DNA from: Parcubacteria group bacterium Athens0714_16
GTDB taxonomy: Bacteria; Patescibacteriota; Minisyncoccia; Phycocordibacterales; 21-14-all-36-13
Direction of reading: 5' to 3'
NCBI GenBank assembly: GCA_007376805.1
Contig: VMGX01000002.1
Coordinates: 47,116-111,115, forward strand
Length of the DNA: 64,000 nucleotides
Below the pieces are notes generated by a model, which had not been told where the DNA came from, searched no databases, and saw nothing but the letters and a program-made list of their open reading frames with translations. Shown here in pieces: positions 25,217 to 35,224 of this stretch. Within the stretch, counting starts at the first letter, position 1. Each line of letters opens with the position of its first letter. The translations under genes were made by a program, and so were the position numbers.

Positions 25217-26746
25217 ATGTCATTAAAAATAGTTATGCTTCTGGCGGGCCTTACGGGGCTCATTGGAATTGCATTGGGGTATGTTTTACGATGGATTCTT
25301 ACCATTGGTAAAAGAGGTTCGATGGAGTTGGAAATAAAAAAGATGATGTTAGAGGCAAAGGAGGAGGCGAAAAAGATAACATCTGAAGCAGAAAAAAAAT
25401 CAGTTAAAATGTTGGAAGATTCCAAAAGAGAGGTTTTTGAAAAAGAAAAGGAATTAAAAAAGACAGAAGAGCGTTTTATAAAAAAAGAAGAACTTCTAGA
25501 TAATAGACAAACGGATATCGACAGAGAAGTTGAAGAAATAAAAGGAAAAATAGTTGAGATAAAAAATACAAAAGATAAAATAGAAAAAATAGTTGCTGAA
25601 AAAGAAAAAGAACTTGAAAAAGTTGCTGGGCTATCAAAGGAAGTTGCGAAAGAAGAATTATTTAAAGTAGTAGAAAAACAATACGAAGAAGATCTCAGTA
25701 TAAGAATTCAAAAAGTTGAGATGTCTAATAATGAAAAACTTGAAAGAAAGGCCAAGGATATTCTTGTTAGTACAATACATAGATTGGGAAATTCTGTCGC
25801 TTCAGATGTTATGGCAACAACCGTTTCAATTCCTTCAGATGATTTGAAGGGTAAAATAATAGGCAAGGAAGGAAGAAATATAAAGGCATTTGAAAAAGTT
25901 GCCGGTGTTGAAGTGATAATTGATGACACGCCGGGGACCGTAATAATTTCCTCATTTGATCCTGTTAGAAGACAGATTGCTCGTGTTGCTCTTGAAAATT
26001 TAATCTTAGATGGAAGAATACAGCCTGCAAGAATTGAAGAAATGGTTGAAAATGCAAAAGAAGAAATAAATAAAATTATAAAAGAGAAAGGGGAACAGGC
26101 GGCGTATGAATGTGGTGTTTATAATCTTGATACAAGAATAGTTTCTATTTTAGGTCGTTTATATTTTAGAACAAGTTATGGACAAAATGTTTTGCAACAC
26201 TCTATAGAGATGTCTCACATCGCAGGAATGTTGGCAGAAGAATTGGGCGCGAATGTACAGGTGGCAAGAGCCGGTGCTCTTTTGCATGACATAGGAAAGG
26301 CAGTTGACCATGAAATTCAGGGAACACACGTAGAAATAGGTATAAGAATTTTACAGAAGTTTGGTGCAGACAAAGCTGTTATTGATGCAATGAAGTCGCA
26401 CCACGAAGAACATCCATATGAAACAGTAGAATCAATTATTGTACAGGTTGCCGATGCGATTTCCGGAAGTAGACCAGGTGCAAGAAGAGATTCTGTAGAG
26501 AATTATTTAAAAAGATTGGCGGACCTCGAAGCTATCGCAAATGAAGCATCGGGGGTTGAAAAATCTTATGCTATTCAGGCTGGTAGGGAAATAAGAATTT
26601 TTGTTAAACCAGATAAAGTATCTGATGTTGAAGCAAAAAAAATGGCTCGTGATATTGCATTAAAAATAGAAAAAGAATTGAAATATCCTGGGGAAATAAA
26701 AGTTAATGTGATTCGTGAAACAAGGGTTATAGAGTATGCCCGCTAG
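25217..26746 (+). CDS. rny: ribonuclease Y
   Basis: N-terminal TM, long coiled coil, KH domain (GKIIGKEGRNIKAFE), HD domain (LLHDIGKA). Confidence 0.95.
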   Translation: MSLKIVMLLAGLTGLIGIALGYVLRWILTIGKRGSMELEIKKMMLEAKEEAKKITSEAEKKSVKMLEDSKREVFEKEKELKKTEERFIKKEELLDNRQTDIDREVEEIKGKIVEIKNTKDKIEKIVAEKEKELEKVAGLSKEVAKEELFKVVEKQYEEDLSIRIQKVEMSNNEKLERKAKDILVSTIHRLGNSVASDVMATTVSIPSDDLKGKIIGKEGRNIKAFEKVAGVEVIIDDTPGTVIISSFDPVRRQIARVALENLILDGRIQPARIEEMVENAKEEINKIIKEKGEQAAYECGVYNLDTRIVSILGRLYFRTSYGQNVLQHSIEMSHIAGMLAEELGANVQVARAGALLHDIGKAVDHEIQGTHVEIGIRILQKFGADKAVIDAMKSHHEEHPYETVESIIVQVADAISGSRPGARRDSVENYLKRLADLEAIANEASGVEKSYAIQAGREIRIFVKPDKVSDVEAKKMARDIALKIEKELKYPGEIKVNVIRETRVIEYAR

Positions 26747-26750
26747 GCAT

Positions 26751-26907
26751 CGCAGATTCACCCCGTTAAATAATTTTAAATTGAAAGAAAAATAATATAG
26801 GTATGTTTTTTAAAAACGGAGGAAAACAAAATTTATACTAGTAATGAAAAAATTTAAAATTAAAATTTGAGAGAACTCAAATTTTATTTAATAGGGTAAA
26901 CGCAGAT
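26751..26907 (+). mobile_element. 157-nt MITE-like element (copy 1)
   Basis: CGCAGAT-TCACCCCGTTAAATAA...TTATTTAATAGGGTAAA-CGCAGAT. Near-identical to 42029-42186. Begins 4 nt after the rny stop. Confidence 0.65.
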
Positions 26908-27193
26908 AAAAAACCGCAGATTTTTGCAGATAGAAAAAACAAGAAAACAAAAAACTACCAAGGGTAACTCTTGGTGGTTTTTATTTACTCACACACAATT
27001 TTCATAAATAATCCTTTTGTCGTGCCTTTAAATAACCCCGCCAGTTGGCGGATTTTTGTTAGAAGTAGGATTTAACGCGGTAAATTTTTTGTTATCTGAT
27101 ATAATGTAAATGTTTAGAAAGAGTTATTAATTTAATCTACACAAGGAATGATGTTTTTTTTGGAAAAGCTTTATTTCTTAGAATAAAATAAAA

Positions 27194-27970
27194 ATGAACA
27201 AAAATTATTTAAAAATATTTGGTCCGTGTTTAATATTTAGTATTACGTTTGTCGTATTTTTTGGAATAACATCTAAAAAAGTTTTGGCTGAAGAATCCAC
27301 GATCGTTAATACAACGGTAAGCACAACGACAGCGAGCACACAAAAACCATCACCCTATTCTCTTATAAAAGAAAGAATTCAAGAACTTCAACAAAAAATG
27401 AAAATTACTAATGAACAAAAGAAAGAAAACATTTCAACATCGACAAAAGACAAAGAAGAAAAAAATGGAGAAATAAATTCAAGAAAACAACCACTTGTGA
27501 ATGTTATAAAAAATAATATTTCAACTTCAACAAAAGAAAAAGATGAGAATAAAATCGAAAAACAACAAAAATTAACAGAAAATTCTATAAAAAAAGTACA
27601 GGCTTATTCTAAGAGAATAACAGATAGATTCAACGCTGTTCTTGAAAGATTTATTGTTCTTTCTGACAGAGCAGAGGCAAGAATTAAAAAAATTGAAAAT
27701 GGTGGAATATTGTTAGGTGATTCAAAAACATTACTCCAAAAAACGAGAGACGAAATATCTTTAGCAAAAGTGAAGATTGGAGAAATGTCATTAAAAATAG
27801 AAGAAATAATAGCAAGCGAAAATCCAAAAGAAATGTTTAAGAGTTCAAAAGAAGTATTTAATGCCACAAACGAATCAATAAAAACAGTTCATAAATCATT
27901 GGTCGAATTAATCAAATCTATTAAAAATACAGTTGAAAAAACTGGTGATGAAACAAAACTTGAAGATTAA
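27194..27970 (+). CDS. hypothetical secreted coiled-coil protein
   Basis: Signal-like N-terminus. Lys/Glu-rich repeats (ISTSTKDKEEKN / ISTSTKEKDENK). Confidence 0.5.
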   Translation: MNKNYLKIFGPCLIFSITFVVFFGITSKKVLAEESTIVNTTVSTTTASTQKPSPYSLIKERIQELQQKMKITNEQKKENISTSTKDKEEKNGEINSRKQPLVNVIKNNISTSTKEKDENKIEKQQKLTENSIKKVQAYSKRITDRFNAVLERFIVLSDRAEARIKKIENGGILLGDSKTLLQKTRDEISLAKVKIGEMSLKIEEIIASENPKEMFKSSKEVFNATNESIKTVHKSLVELIKSIKNTVEKTGDETKLED

Positions 27971-27999
27971 TTATTTAATTTTCACTGTAAAATAAAAAT

Positions 28000-28374
28000 A
28001 TGGAAAACGAACAAAATAAAAACAAAATAACAGAAATTTTCATCCCCAGAGAAACCACCACTACAAACGGACCACTACCAGAAATAGAGGCACCACAGAC
28101 TAAATCGACGGGTGCAATTATTGGGTCAATAATTATCATTATAGTATTGATAATTGGTGGTTTATATTTGTGGGGTAAACAAATTATTCAAACAGAAACA
28201 CAGATTTCTCTTACACCAGAACAAATTCTTTCTGAAACGGATCCCGCGCTGGACTCTTTAAATACACAGGGGACATCAACAAAAATTACTAACATAGAAG
28301 CAGATTTAAATACTACCGACTTAAACAATTTGGACAAGGAATTAAAAAACATTGATACGGAATTAGGTTTGTAA
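28000..28374 (+). CDS. hypothetical single-pass membrane protein
   Basis: 124-aa ORF with a central TM helix (GAIIGSIIIIIVLIIGGLYLW). Confidence 0.5.
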   Translation: MENEQNKNKITEIFIPRETTTTNGPLPEIEAPQTKSTGAIIGSIIIIIVLIIGGLYLWGKQIIQTETQISLTPEQILSETDPALDSLNTQGTSTKITNIEADLNTTDLNNLDKELKNIDTELGL

Positions 28375-28451
28375 AACTTTCATAATCAAAAACACCTCGT
28401 ATAACGGGGTGTTTTTTGATTTTTATTCTATTTATAGTAATATTCTCCGAT

Positions 28452-29570
28452 ATGGCAAATGAAAAATACAATATAAAAACAAAGGATTTGGAAAAATCTC
28501 AAATGGAAATCGAGGTAGAGATACCGTGGAAGGAGGTTGATAAATATAGAAAACCTGTAATTTCTGAATTTTCTGAAAAAATTACTGTTCCTGGATTTAG
28601 AAAAGGACGTGTTCCAGAAGATATTATCGTTAAAAAAATTGGGCATGTAGAATTGTTAAATGAAATGGTGGAAAGGGCCATACAAGAAATATATCCTGAA
28701 ATAATTTTGAACGGCAATATTAATGCGATTGGCAGACCATCTATCTCAATAACAAAATTGGCAGAAAATAATGCACTTTGTTTTAAAGCAATAACATCGG
28801 TTGTTCCTAAAATAGAATTGCCTGACTATAAAGAAAAAGCAAAAAAGGTGATGGCAAAAAAGGAAGAAGAGCCGGTTGTAACTGACAAAGAGTTTGACGA
28901 AGCAATTTTAGGAATTAGAAAGCAATGGGCACTTTATGATAGTTTTGAAAAAGATCATGCGGGTGGTTCACACGAACATAAAAAAGGAGAGAAGACTAAA
29001 TCCAGCGAAGCTGGATCGCCCGACGTTTCTAAAGAAACGTTTAGGGAAGATTTGCCTGAATTTAATGATGAGTTTGTTAAAAAACTTGGTAAATTTGAAA
29101 ACGTTGAGGACTTCAGTAAAAAATTAAGAGAAAATATTTTATATGAAAAACAATTAAAAAATAAAGATAAAAAGAGGGGAGAAATAATAGAAGGCATACT
29201 AAAAGAAACAAAAGCAGAAATTCCAGAAATACTAACCGAATCAGAATTAGAAAAAATGCTTTCACAACTAAAAACCGATGTTGAAAATGCAAGAATAGAT
29301 TTTAAAACATATCTCATAAAGCTAGGAAAAACAGAAGAAGAATTACGCAAAGAATGGAAACCGCAGGCAGAGAAAAAAGCAAAAACACAATTAATATTAA
29401 ATGAGGTGGCACTGAAAGAAAATCTTTTCCCAGACAAAGAGGAGTTACAAAAAGAGACAGACCATTTATTGGAGCATTACAAAAGCGCTGACCCAGAAAG
29501 AGTTAGAATATATGTGGAGACTGTTTTGGCGAATGAAAAGGTGATGACATTTTTAGAAAATGCAAAATGA
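28452..29570 (+). CDS. tig: trigger factor
   Basis: N-terminal ribosome-binding signature VPGFRKGRVP. Located upstream of clpP, as in many bacteria. Start set at MANEKYN; the ORF is open from 28416. Confidence 0.85.
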   Translation: MANEKYNIKTKDLEKSQMEIEVEIPWKEVDKYRKPVISEFSEKITVPGFRKGRVPEDIIVKKIGHVELLNEMVERAIQEIYPEIILNGNINAIGRPSISITKLAENNALCFKAITSVVPKIELPDYKEKAKKVMAKKEEEPVVTDKEFDEAILGIRKQWALYDSFEKDHAGGSHEHKKGEKTKSSEAGSPDVSKETFREDLPEFNDEFVKKLGKFENVEDFSKKLRENILYEKQLKNKDKKRGEIIEGILKETKAEIPEILTESELEKMLSQLKTDVENARIDFKTYLIKLGKTEEELRKEWKPQAEKKAKTQLILNEVALKENLFPDKEELQKETDHLLEHYKSADPERVRIYVETVLANEKVMTFLENAK

Positions 29571-29748
29571 AAATCTCAAAGTGAAAAATGACAGTTCAAA
29601 ATATAAAAATGTTTCATTTTATAACTTTACATTGTCATTTTTAATTTTGATTTTTAAATTTTAAACTAGAATTATAAAATATTAATTACCCTTGAAAAAG
29701 GAACCGGAAACTGGTAATGTTTATTTGTAATAAATTAAACAAAATACT

Positions 29749-30327
29749 ATGTTAATTCCAACAGTGATTGAAAAAAGCCAATTTGGCGAAAGAGCATATG
29801 ATATATATTCTCGTCTGTTAAAAGATCGAATAGTATTTCTTGGTGGTGCCATTGATGAACATCTTGCAAATATTGTTATTGCGCAATTGTTGTTTCTTGA
29901 ATCAGAAGATCCAAAAAAAGATATAAAACTTTATGTTAATTCTCCCGGAGGCGACGTTGCAGCAACGCTGGCGATGGTTGATACGATGAATCATATCAAA
30001 CCAGATGTTTCCACTGTTTGTGTTGGGATGGCGGCTTCGGGTGCGGCGATAATACTTTCTGCTGGAGCAAAAGGAAAAAGATTTTGTCTTCCAAATTCAG
30101 AAATTATGATTCATCAACCTTGGGGTGGTGCGCAGGGGCAGGCAACGGATATAGAAATAACAGCAAAGCATATAATAAAATTGAGAGAGAGATTAAATAA
30201 AATTTTATCAAAAAATACTGGCCAGCCGATGGATAAGGTTGAGAAAGATGTTGAACGTGATTTCTTTATGGACTCAGATGAAGCTAAAAAGTATGGAATA
30301 ATTGATGATGTTTTGAAGAAAAAATAA
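29749..30327 (+). CDS. clpP: ATP-dependent Clp protease proteolytic subunit
   Basis: 192 aa. Catalytic Ser (GMAASGAA) and His (IMIHQP) motifs. Confidence 0.95.
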   Translation: MLIPTVIEKSQFGERAYDIYSRLLKDRIVFLGGAIDEHLANIVIAQLLFLESEDPKKDIKLYVNSPGGDVAATLAMVDTMNHIKPDVSTVCVGMAASGAAIILSAGAKGKRFCLPNSEIMIHQPWGGAQGQATDIEITAKHIIKLRERLNKILSKNTGQPMDKVEKDVERDFFMDSDEAKKYGIIDDVLKKK

Positions 30328-30412
30328 ATGAAAAATGTCTTAACGACATTTTTCGTCCATAATAAAAAACCCGCTTTAATTTTTGTTAAAGCGGGTTTTT
30401 CTTTTCGTGTTT

Positions 30413-31546
30413 TTATTTTTCAATGGTTTCTTTTTCTTCCGTTTTTTCTTTTTCAACCGCCGTCGACTGTATATCAATTTTCCACCCAGTAAGTTTTGCG
30501 GCCAACCTAGCATTTTGTCCACCTTTCCCGATTGCCAACGATTGTTGATCTGGTGAAACGTTAACAATTGCTTTATGTTCTTTTTCGTCTATTTTTACAT
30601 TTAAGATTTGGGCAGGAGATAATGCATCTTCAATAAATTCTTCCGGATTTTCAGACCATTCTATTATGTCTATTTTTTCACCACCCAATTCACTCATAAC
30701 CGTGGAAACGCGAACTCCTCTTTGTCCAACACATGAACCAACGGGATCAATATATTCGTCGTGAGACAATACAGCAATTTTTGAACGAGCTCCGGGCTCT
30801 CTTGCGATTACTTTTATTTCGACAACACCACTCGCTATTTCGGGTGCTTCTATTTCAAAAAGTTTTTTCAAAAATTCAGGTCTTGATCTTGATAGGCGCA
30901 AAAATATACCTTTTGGAGTTTCTTCAACTGAATATAAATAAGCCCTAATTCTTTCTCCCTGTTTAAATCTTTCACCGACAATTTGTTCTTCATACGGAAG
31001 TATTCCTGTTATTCTTCCTAAATCAACAAATATATTTCCTCTTTCCACTCTTTGAACGGTTCCGTTTATTATACTTCCTTCTTTTTCTTCAAATTCTCCA
31101 TAAACAGAAACCTTTTCCGCTTCGCGGATTTTTTGAATTATTGTTTGCTTTGCTGTTTGGGCAGAAATACGGCCATATTCGCTCTTGTTTTCTAATGGAA
31201 ATATTATTTCTTCGTCGAGTTTTGCATTGCCTTTAATTTTTTTTGCATCGTTTAAAAGAATATGATGTTCTGGATTAAAACGAATTCTTTTATCTTCGTC
31301 GTCATCTTTTTCTTCTTCGTCCATTCTCACAACACTTTCATCAACAACTATTTTTATTTGGTTGAATTCCGTTTCACCTGTCACTGGATCAAATTTTGCT
31401 TTTACAATTTGACCTCTCTTCCCGTATTCTTTTTTATAGGCAGTAGCCAAGGCATCTTCTATTGCTTCTATAACTTTTTGTTTTGGTATTCCTCTTTCTT
31501 GTTCGAGTTGTTCAAGAATTGAATTTATAACTTTTAGATCAAACAT
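30413..31546 (-). CDS. nusA: transcription termination/antitermination factor NusA
   Basis: N-terminal domain, S1 domain and two KH domains (GVRVSTVMSELGGEKIDI, GKGGQNARLAAKLTGWKIDI). Confidence 0.95.
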   Translation of the reverse strand: MFDLKVINSILEQLEQERGIPKQKVIEAIEDALATAYKKEYGKRGQIVKAKFDPVTGETEFNQIKIVVDESVVRMDEEEKDDDEDKRIRFNPEHHILLNDAKKIKGNAKLDEEIIFPLENKSEYGRISAQTAKQTIIQKIREAEKVSVYGEFEEKEGSIINGTVQRVERGNIFVDLGRITGILPYEEQIVGERFKQGERIRAYLYSVEETPKGIFLRLSRSRPEFLKKLFEIEAPEIASGVVEIKVIAREPGARSKIAVLSHDEYIDPVGSCVGQRGVRVSTVMSELGGEKIDIIEWSENPEEFIEDALSPAQILNVKIDEKEHKAIVNVSPDQQSLAIGKGGQNARLAAKLTGWKIDIQSTAVEKEKTEEKETIEK

Positions 31547-31554
31547 ATTTTAAA

Positions 31555-31592
31555 CGCAGATTTGCGCAGATTGTACGCAGATAAACGCAGAT
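31555..31592 (+). repeat. four phased CGCAGAT heptads immediately upstream of the nusA start
   Basis: CGCAGAT at 31555, 31565, 31576 and 31586 (10/11/10 spacing). Confidence 0.7.
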
Positions 31593-31782
31593 TAAAATCT
31601 AATAAAAAAGTCCGTTTTGTGAACGGACAGACATCTAAACTATTCAGATTTACAAGATAAGTATATAGGAATTAAAAATAAATGTCAACCGAGCTCCGTT
31701 TTTTGTTTTTAAAACAGAAGATACAACCCGGTTATCAACACATTCTTTTGCATAACTAAGTATATGGAATATAATTTAGATA

Positions 31783-32109
31783 ATGGATTATAAAGGCCCA
31801 ATACCAAACAACTCTCAAACAAGTGGAGAAACAAAATCAAAAAACACAAACGTGATTTTTTTGGTTGTGCTTTTGGTTGTGATAATTGTTTCTTTATTTT
31901 TAGGAACCTCTTATAAAAAACAGGGGACATCTCTTAGTGAAAAAGAAAAGATGACAATACTTGATGAGTTGATAAAAAATAGTGACGCAAATAAGTATAC
32001 ATATGAAGAAAAATTAGATATTTTAAAAAAACTATCTGAAACAGGAAAAACTGATAAAGAAATAACGGAAGAAAAAAAACTAGAGATATTAAATTCAATA
32101 ACAAAATAA
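31783..32109 (+). CDS. hypothetical single-pass membrane protein
   Basis: 108-aa ORF with a TM helix (VIFLVVLLVVIIVSLFL), at the head of the pilus-type cluster. Confidence 0.45.
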   Translation: MDYKGPIPNNSQTSGETKSKNTNVIFLVVLLVVIIVSLFLGTSYKKQGTSLSEKEKMTILDELIKNSDANKYTYEEKLDILKKLSETGKTDKEITEEKKLEILNSITK

Positions 32110-32124
32110 TTTATTTTTATAAAA

Positions 32125-33297
32125 ATGTTTGAATCAATTAAAAAATTTTATATCCCAACGATACTGATAGTGTTTTTGGTTGTGTTTGGGTTTTTTTATT
32201 CTGGTCCAAAAGAAGGCAGTGGTACTGTGAATGCAGCATCCGAAGGTTTTAATCTAGCTGGTTGGGCTTGGTCAGATAATATTGGGTGGATAAGTTTTAG
32301 TTGTTCAAATACAAATTCTTGCAACAGCGTTAATTATCGTGTCGTGGTTGCTGATAATGGAGACATTTCTGGTTATGCGTGGAGTGATAATATTGGATGG
32401 ATAAGTTTTAATCAGGGAGATTTAAGTAGTTGTCCATCTGGGGCTTGTAAGGCAAAATTGAGTGGAAATAATTTAAATGGTTGGGCAAAGGCTATTTCTG
32501 CTGACTATTTTGGTTGGGATGGTTTTATAGACCTCGGACAAAACGGCTCTACTTATGGCGTTTCTTATAACTCGGGGACCAAAAGTTTTTCAGGATATGC
32601 GTGGGGGTCTGATGTTGTTGGTTGGGTAAAATTTTCTGGATTTAGTGGAACAGACGGAGTTGGTGTAGACGAAAACAATCAAAATGGAAATTCAATTACT
32701 GTTGCCCTGGACGCATTTCCAACAGCAGTTACTCTTGGCGGAACAACAAAATTATTTTGGACAAACGAAAACATAAGCACATGTAATGCATCGAGTGGTT
32801 TGTGGACTGGTTCATGGACAGGAAATGAAGCTCTAAACGGTTTCAAAGAAAATGTTGGTCCAATACTAACCGACACAACATATACAATTAAGTGTTCAAA
32901 TGTTTTGGGTGAAGAAAAAGAAGACAGTGTTTTGGTAACAGTAATACCCCCAGATTTTAGTCTACAAAAATCTGGTAATGTTGAAATAGGTGGAGTAAGA
33001 GGAACGTCTACTCCAACAACATTGTCCATACTCCCACAAAATAGTTTCTCATCGGCTGTTAATTTGTCAGTATCTTATTTACCACCACAATTATCTGGAG
33101 CGAAGATTGTTTTGTCTAAGAGCTCACTTTCAAGTTCAGTGTTTGGTTCTGGTTCAGAATTTAGAATTATTGCGAACAATCCTATTGCAACTGGTAGTTA
33201 TTTAATAACGATACAAGGCCAAAGCGGTGGTTTAACTCGCACCATAAATGTAGTTTTAAATGTTGATAATAAAAAAATAAAAGTAGAGGAGTTTTAG
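32125..33297 (+). CDS. secreted protein with four GW-rich repeats (G[WY]AWSDNIGWISF)
   Basis: Signal/TM N-terminus. Repeats AGWAWSDNIGWISFS, SGYAWSDNIGWISFN, NGWAKAIS...FGWDGFIDL, SGYAWGSDVVGWVKFS. C-terminal beta-rich region. Confidence 0.6.
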   Translation: MFESIKKFYIPTILIVFLVVFGFFYSGPKEGSGTVNAASEGFNLAGWAWSDNIGWISFSCSNTNSCNSVNYRVVVADNGDISGYAWSDNIGWISFNQGDLSSCPSGACKAKLSGNNLNGWAKAISADYFGWDGFIDLGQNGSTYGVSYNSGTKSFSGYAWGSDVVGWVKFSGFSGTDGVGVDENNQNGNSITVALDAFPTAVTLGGTTKLFWTNENISTCNASSGLWTGSWTGNEALNGFKENVGPILTDTTYTIKCSNVLGEEKEDSVLVTVIPPDFSLQKSGNVEIGGVRGTSTPTTLSILPQNSFSSAVNLSVSYLPPQLSGAKIVLSKSSLSSSVFGSGSEFRIIANNPIATGSYLITIQGQSGGLTRTINVVLNVDNKKIKVEEF

Positions 33298-33334
33298 TCG
33301 AGTTTATTATAATAATGTTTAAATAATTAAAATT

Positions 33335-33637
33335 ATGTTCACAAAAAAACAAATCACAAATGCAATAAAAATAACTGTTCTGTCAGCAATACTTATTGTT
33401 GGTTTAAATTATGCTAATGCAGCATGGAGTGGACCAACAGGAACAGCTCCAGACGGAAATACACCAGCACCAGTAAACATCGGAACAGCAAGCCAGATAA
33501 AAAACGGAGGATTGGGTGTAAACGCACTTTCTGTTTTTGGTAACGGACTTTTTACAGGTAAGGCAACGGCAGACAGACTTTGTTTGGGTGGGTGCTGTAT
33601 ATCATCGTGGTCTGATAAAACATGTAGGACACAGTAA
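33335..33637 (+). CDS. small secreted protein, short paralog of 33739-34902
   Basis: 100 aa. Signal sequence ...NYANA|AWSGPT. Conserved QIKNGxLGVNALSVFG and CLxGCCISSWSDKTC motifs are shared with the next gene. Confidence 0.6.
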   Translation: MFTKKQITNAIKITVLSAILIVGLNYANAAWSGPTGTAPDGNTPAPVNIGTASQIKNGGLGVNALSVFGNGLFTGKATADRLCLGGCCISSWSDKTCRTQ

Positions 33638-33738
33638 TCACCCCCGGCTTCAATTTAGGAATTGATAAAAGTTAATTCATCCCAGTGAAATAGTTTTCAA
33701 ATTCCACAGGACAGGTAATATTTTTTAAATTCAAAAAC

Positions 33739-34902
33739 ATGTTTACAAAAAATCAAATAATAAGCGCGATTAAAATAACGACCATGTCGGCAATTCTGAT
33801 TGTCGGTTTGAATTATGCTAACGCGGCATGGAGCGGACCTACTGCAAGCGCGCCGAGCGGTGGTATTCCCACTCCAGTTAACTTAAGTTCAATAAATCAA
33901 ATTAAGAATGGTAGCTTAGGAGTAAATGCACTTTCTGTTTTTGGTGACGGATTATTTAATAGAGATATGACGGCAGAACAATTTTGTTTAAATGGGTGCT
34001 GTATATCATCATGGTCTGATAAAACATGCGGAACCCCGGTATTCACACCGCCTTCTACTCCAGTAGTTTCTCTTTCAGCGTCACCAACAAGTGTTGCATA
34101 TAACGATTCATCTGTTCTTACATGGACTTCAACGAACACAACAAGTTGTTCGGCAAACTGGACGTCTTCTACAGCAACAAGTGGAAGTACAACAAAGTCA
34201 AATCTAACATCTACAACGGCATACGCTATTACATGTACGGGAACTGGTGGTTCACAAAGTGCTAGTGTGACGGTGGACGTTGATGAAGCACCAGTAGTTT
34301 CACCCGTGCCAGTTGCACTAACATTGATTATGACCGCAACGGGCGGAGGAAGTACCATATCAACAAATGCTTGGGACTATCCGACTTTATATATAGATTA
34401 CTGGGATTCAGCAGATATTTCTTGGAGCTCTACGGGTGCCAGTGAATGTAGTAAAGGTGGAAGTTTGATAGACAAAAATGGAAATACGACACTTAAAGGC
34501 ACAGACATACTTGAAAAAGAATTATTTACTATTTTATGTAGGAATTCTTCTGGAAAAAGTGTATCAAAAAATATATGGATTTATATAAAAGGACCTGGCA
34601 TTAGTTTCGATGTTCAACCACATTTGGTTAATATTGGTGATACGGTTACTTTCACCTGGAGTTCTGGTAGTACCGCGACATATTGTGGAGGAAATGAAGC
34701 GTGGTCTAATGCTAAAACAACATGGTGGTTTGGTCCATATAATGGGGATACCAGTGGAAGTAAAAGTGCAGAAATAACACAAGCTGTGGTTGATGCAAAT
34801 AAACTTTATGGTAGTAACCCGTGGTATCTTGCGGTTGGTTTAAAGTGTTGTAATAATTATGGTGGTTGTAGCTTTGATTCTACGTGGATAAGACCCAAAT
34901 AA
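33739..34902 (+). CDS. secreted protein, long paralog with C-terminal Ser/Thr-rich beta domains
   Basis: The first ~100 aa are highly similar to 33335-33637. Followed by repeats resembling SASPTSV..LTWTSTNTTSC. Confidence 0.6.
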   Translation: MFTKNQIISAIKITTMSAILIVGLNYANAAWSGPTASAPSGGIPTPVNLSSINQIKNGSLGVNALSVFGDGLFNRDMTAEQFCLNGCCISSWSDKTCGTPVFTPPSTPVVSLSASPTSVAYNDSSVLTWTSTNTTSCSANWTSSTATSGSTTKSNLTSTTAYAITCTGTGGSQSASVTVDVDEAPVVSPVPVALTLIMTATGGGSTISTNAWDYPTLYIDYWDSADISWSSTGASECSKGGSLIDKNGNTTLKGTDILEKELFTILCRNSSGKSVSKNIWIYIKGPGISFDVQPHLVNIGDTVTFTWSSGSTATYCGGNEAWSNAKTTWWFGPYNGDTSGSKSAEITQAVVDANKLYGSNPWYLAVGLKCCNNYGGCSFDSTWIRPK

Positions 34903-35224
34903 ATGAAAAAGCCCTAACTTTAAAATCTCTAACTTTAAAAGCTCTAAATGAGCTTTTAAAGAATTGTGTCAGTTTTTTATTATTCTCCGAGATTTTAAAG
35001 AGTCGTGTTAGATTTTAATCCTATTTTGGGCTTTTTCATCCACCCCAGTGAAATAGTTTTTAAATTTCACGGGGCAAGTAATATTTTTGTTTTTTTTAAA
35101 ATCCACCCTGACCATATATCGGGGTGGTTTTTTATTCACTGCTTTACAGAAAATAAAAAATAAATTTGATATAATTTACATTATAAAATAAAAACATTTA
35201 TGTTTTTTGTAATTTTATAAATCT

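Noticed and set aside
30376-30567. 63-aa Lys-rich minus-strand ORF
   Set aside because: It overlaps the 3' end of nusA in another frame and is a low-complexity translation.
33335-33637. 100-aa Cys/Ser/Thr-rich C-terminus (CCISSWSDKTC) as a lanthipeptide-type precursor
   Set aside because: No LanB/C/M-like, radical SAM or transporter genes are nearby. The protein has a Sec-type signal and a structured conserved domain shared with a 387-aa paralog.
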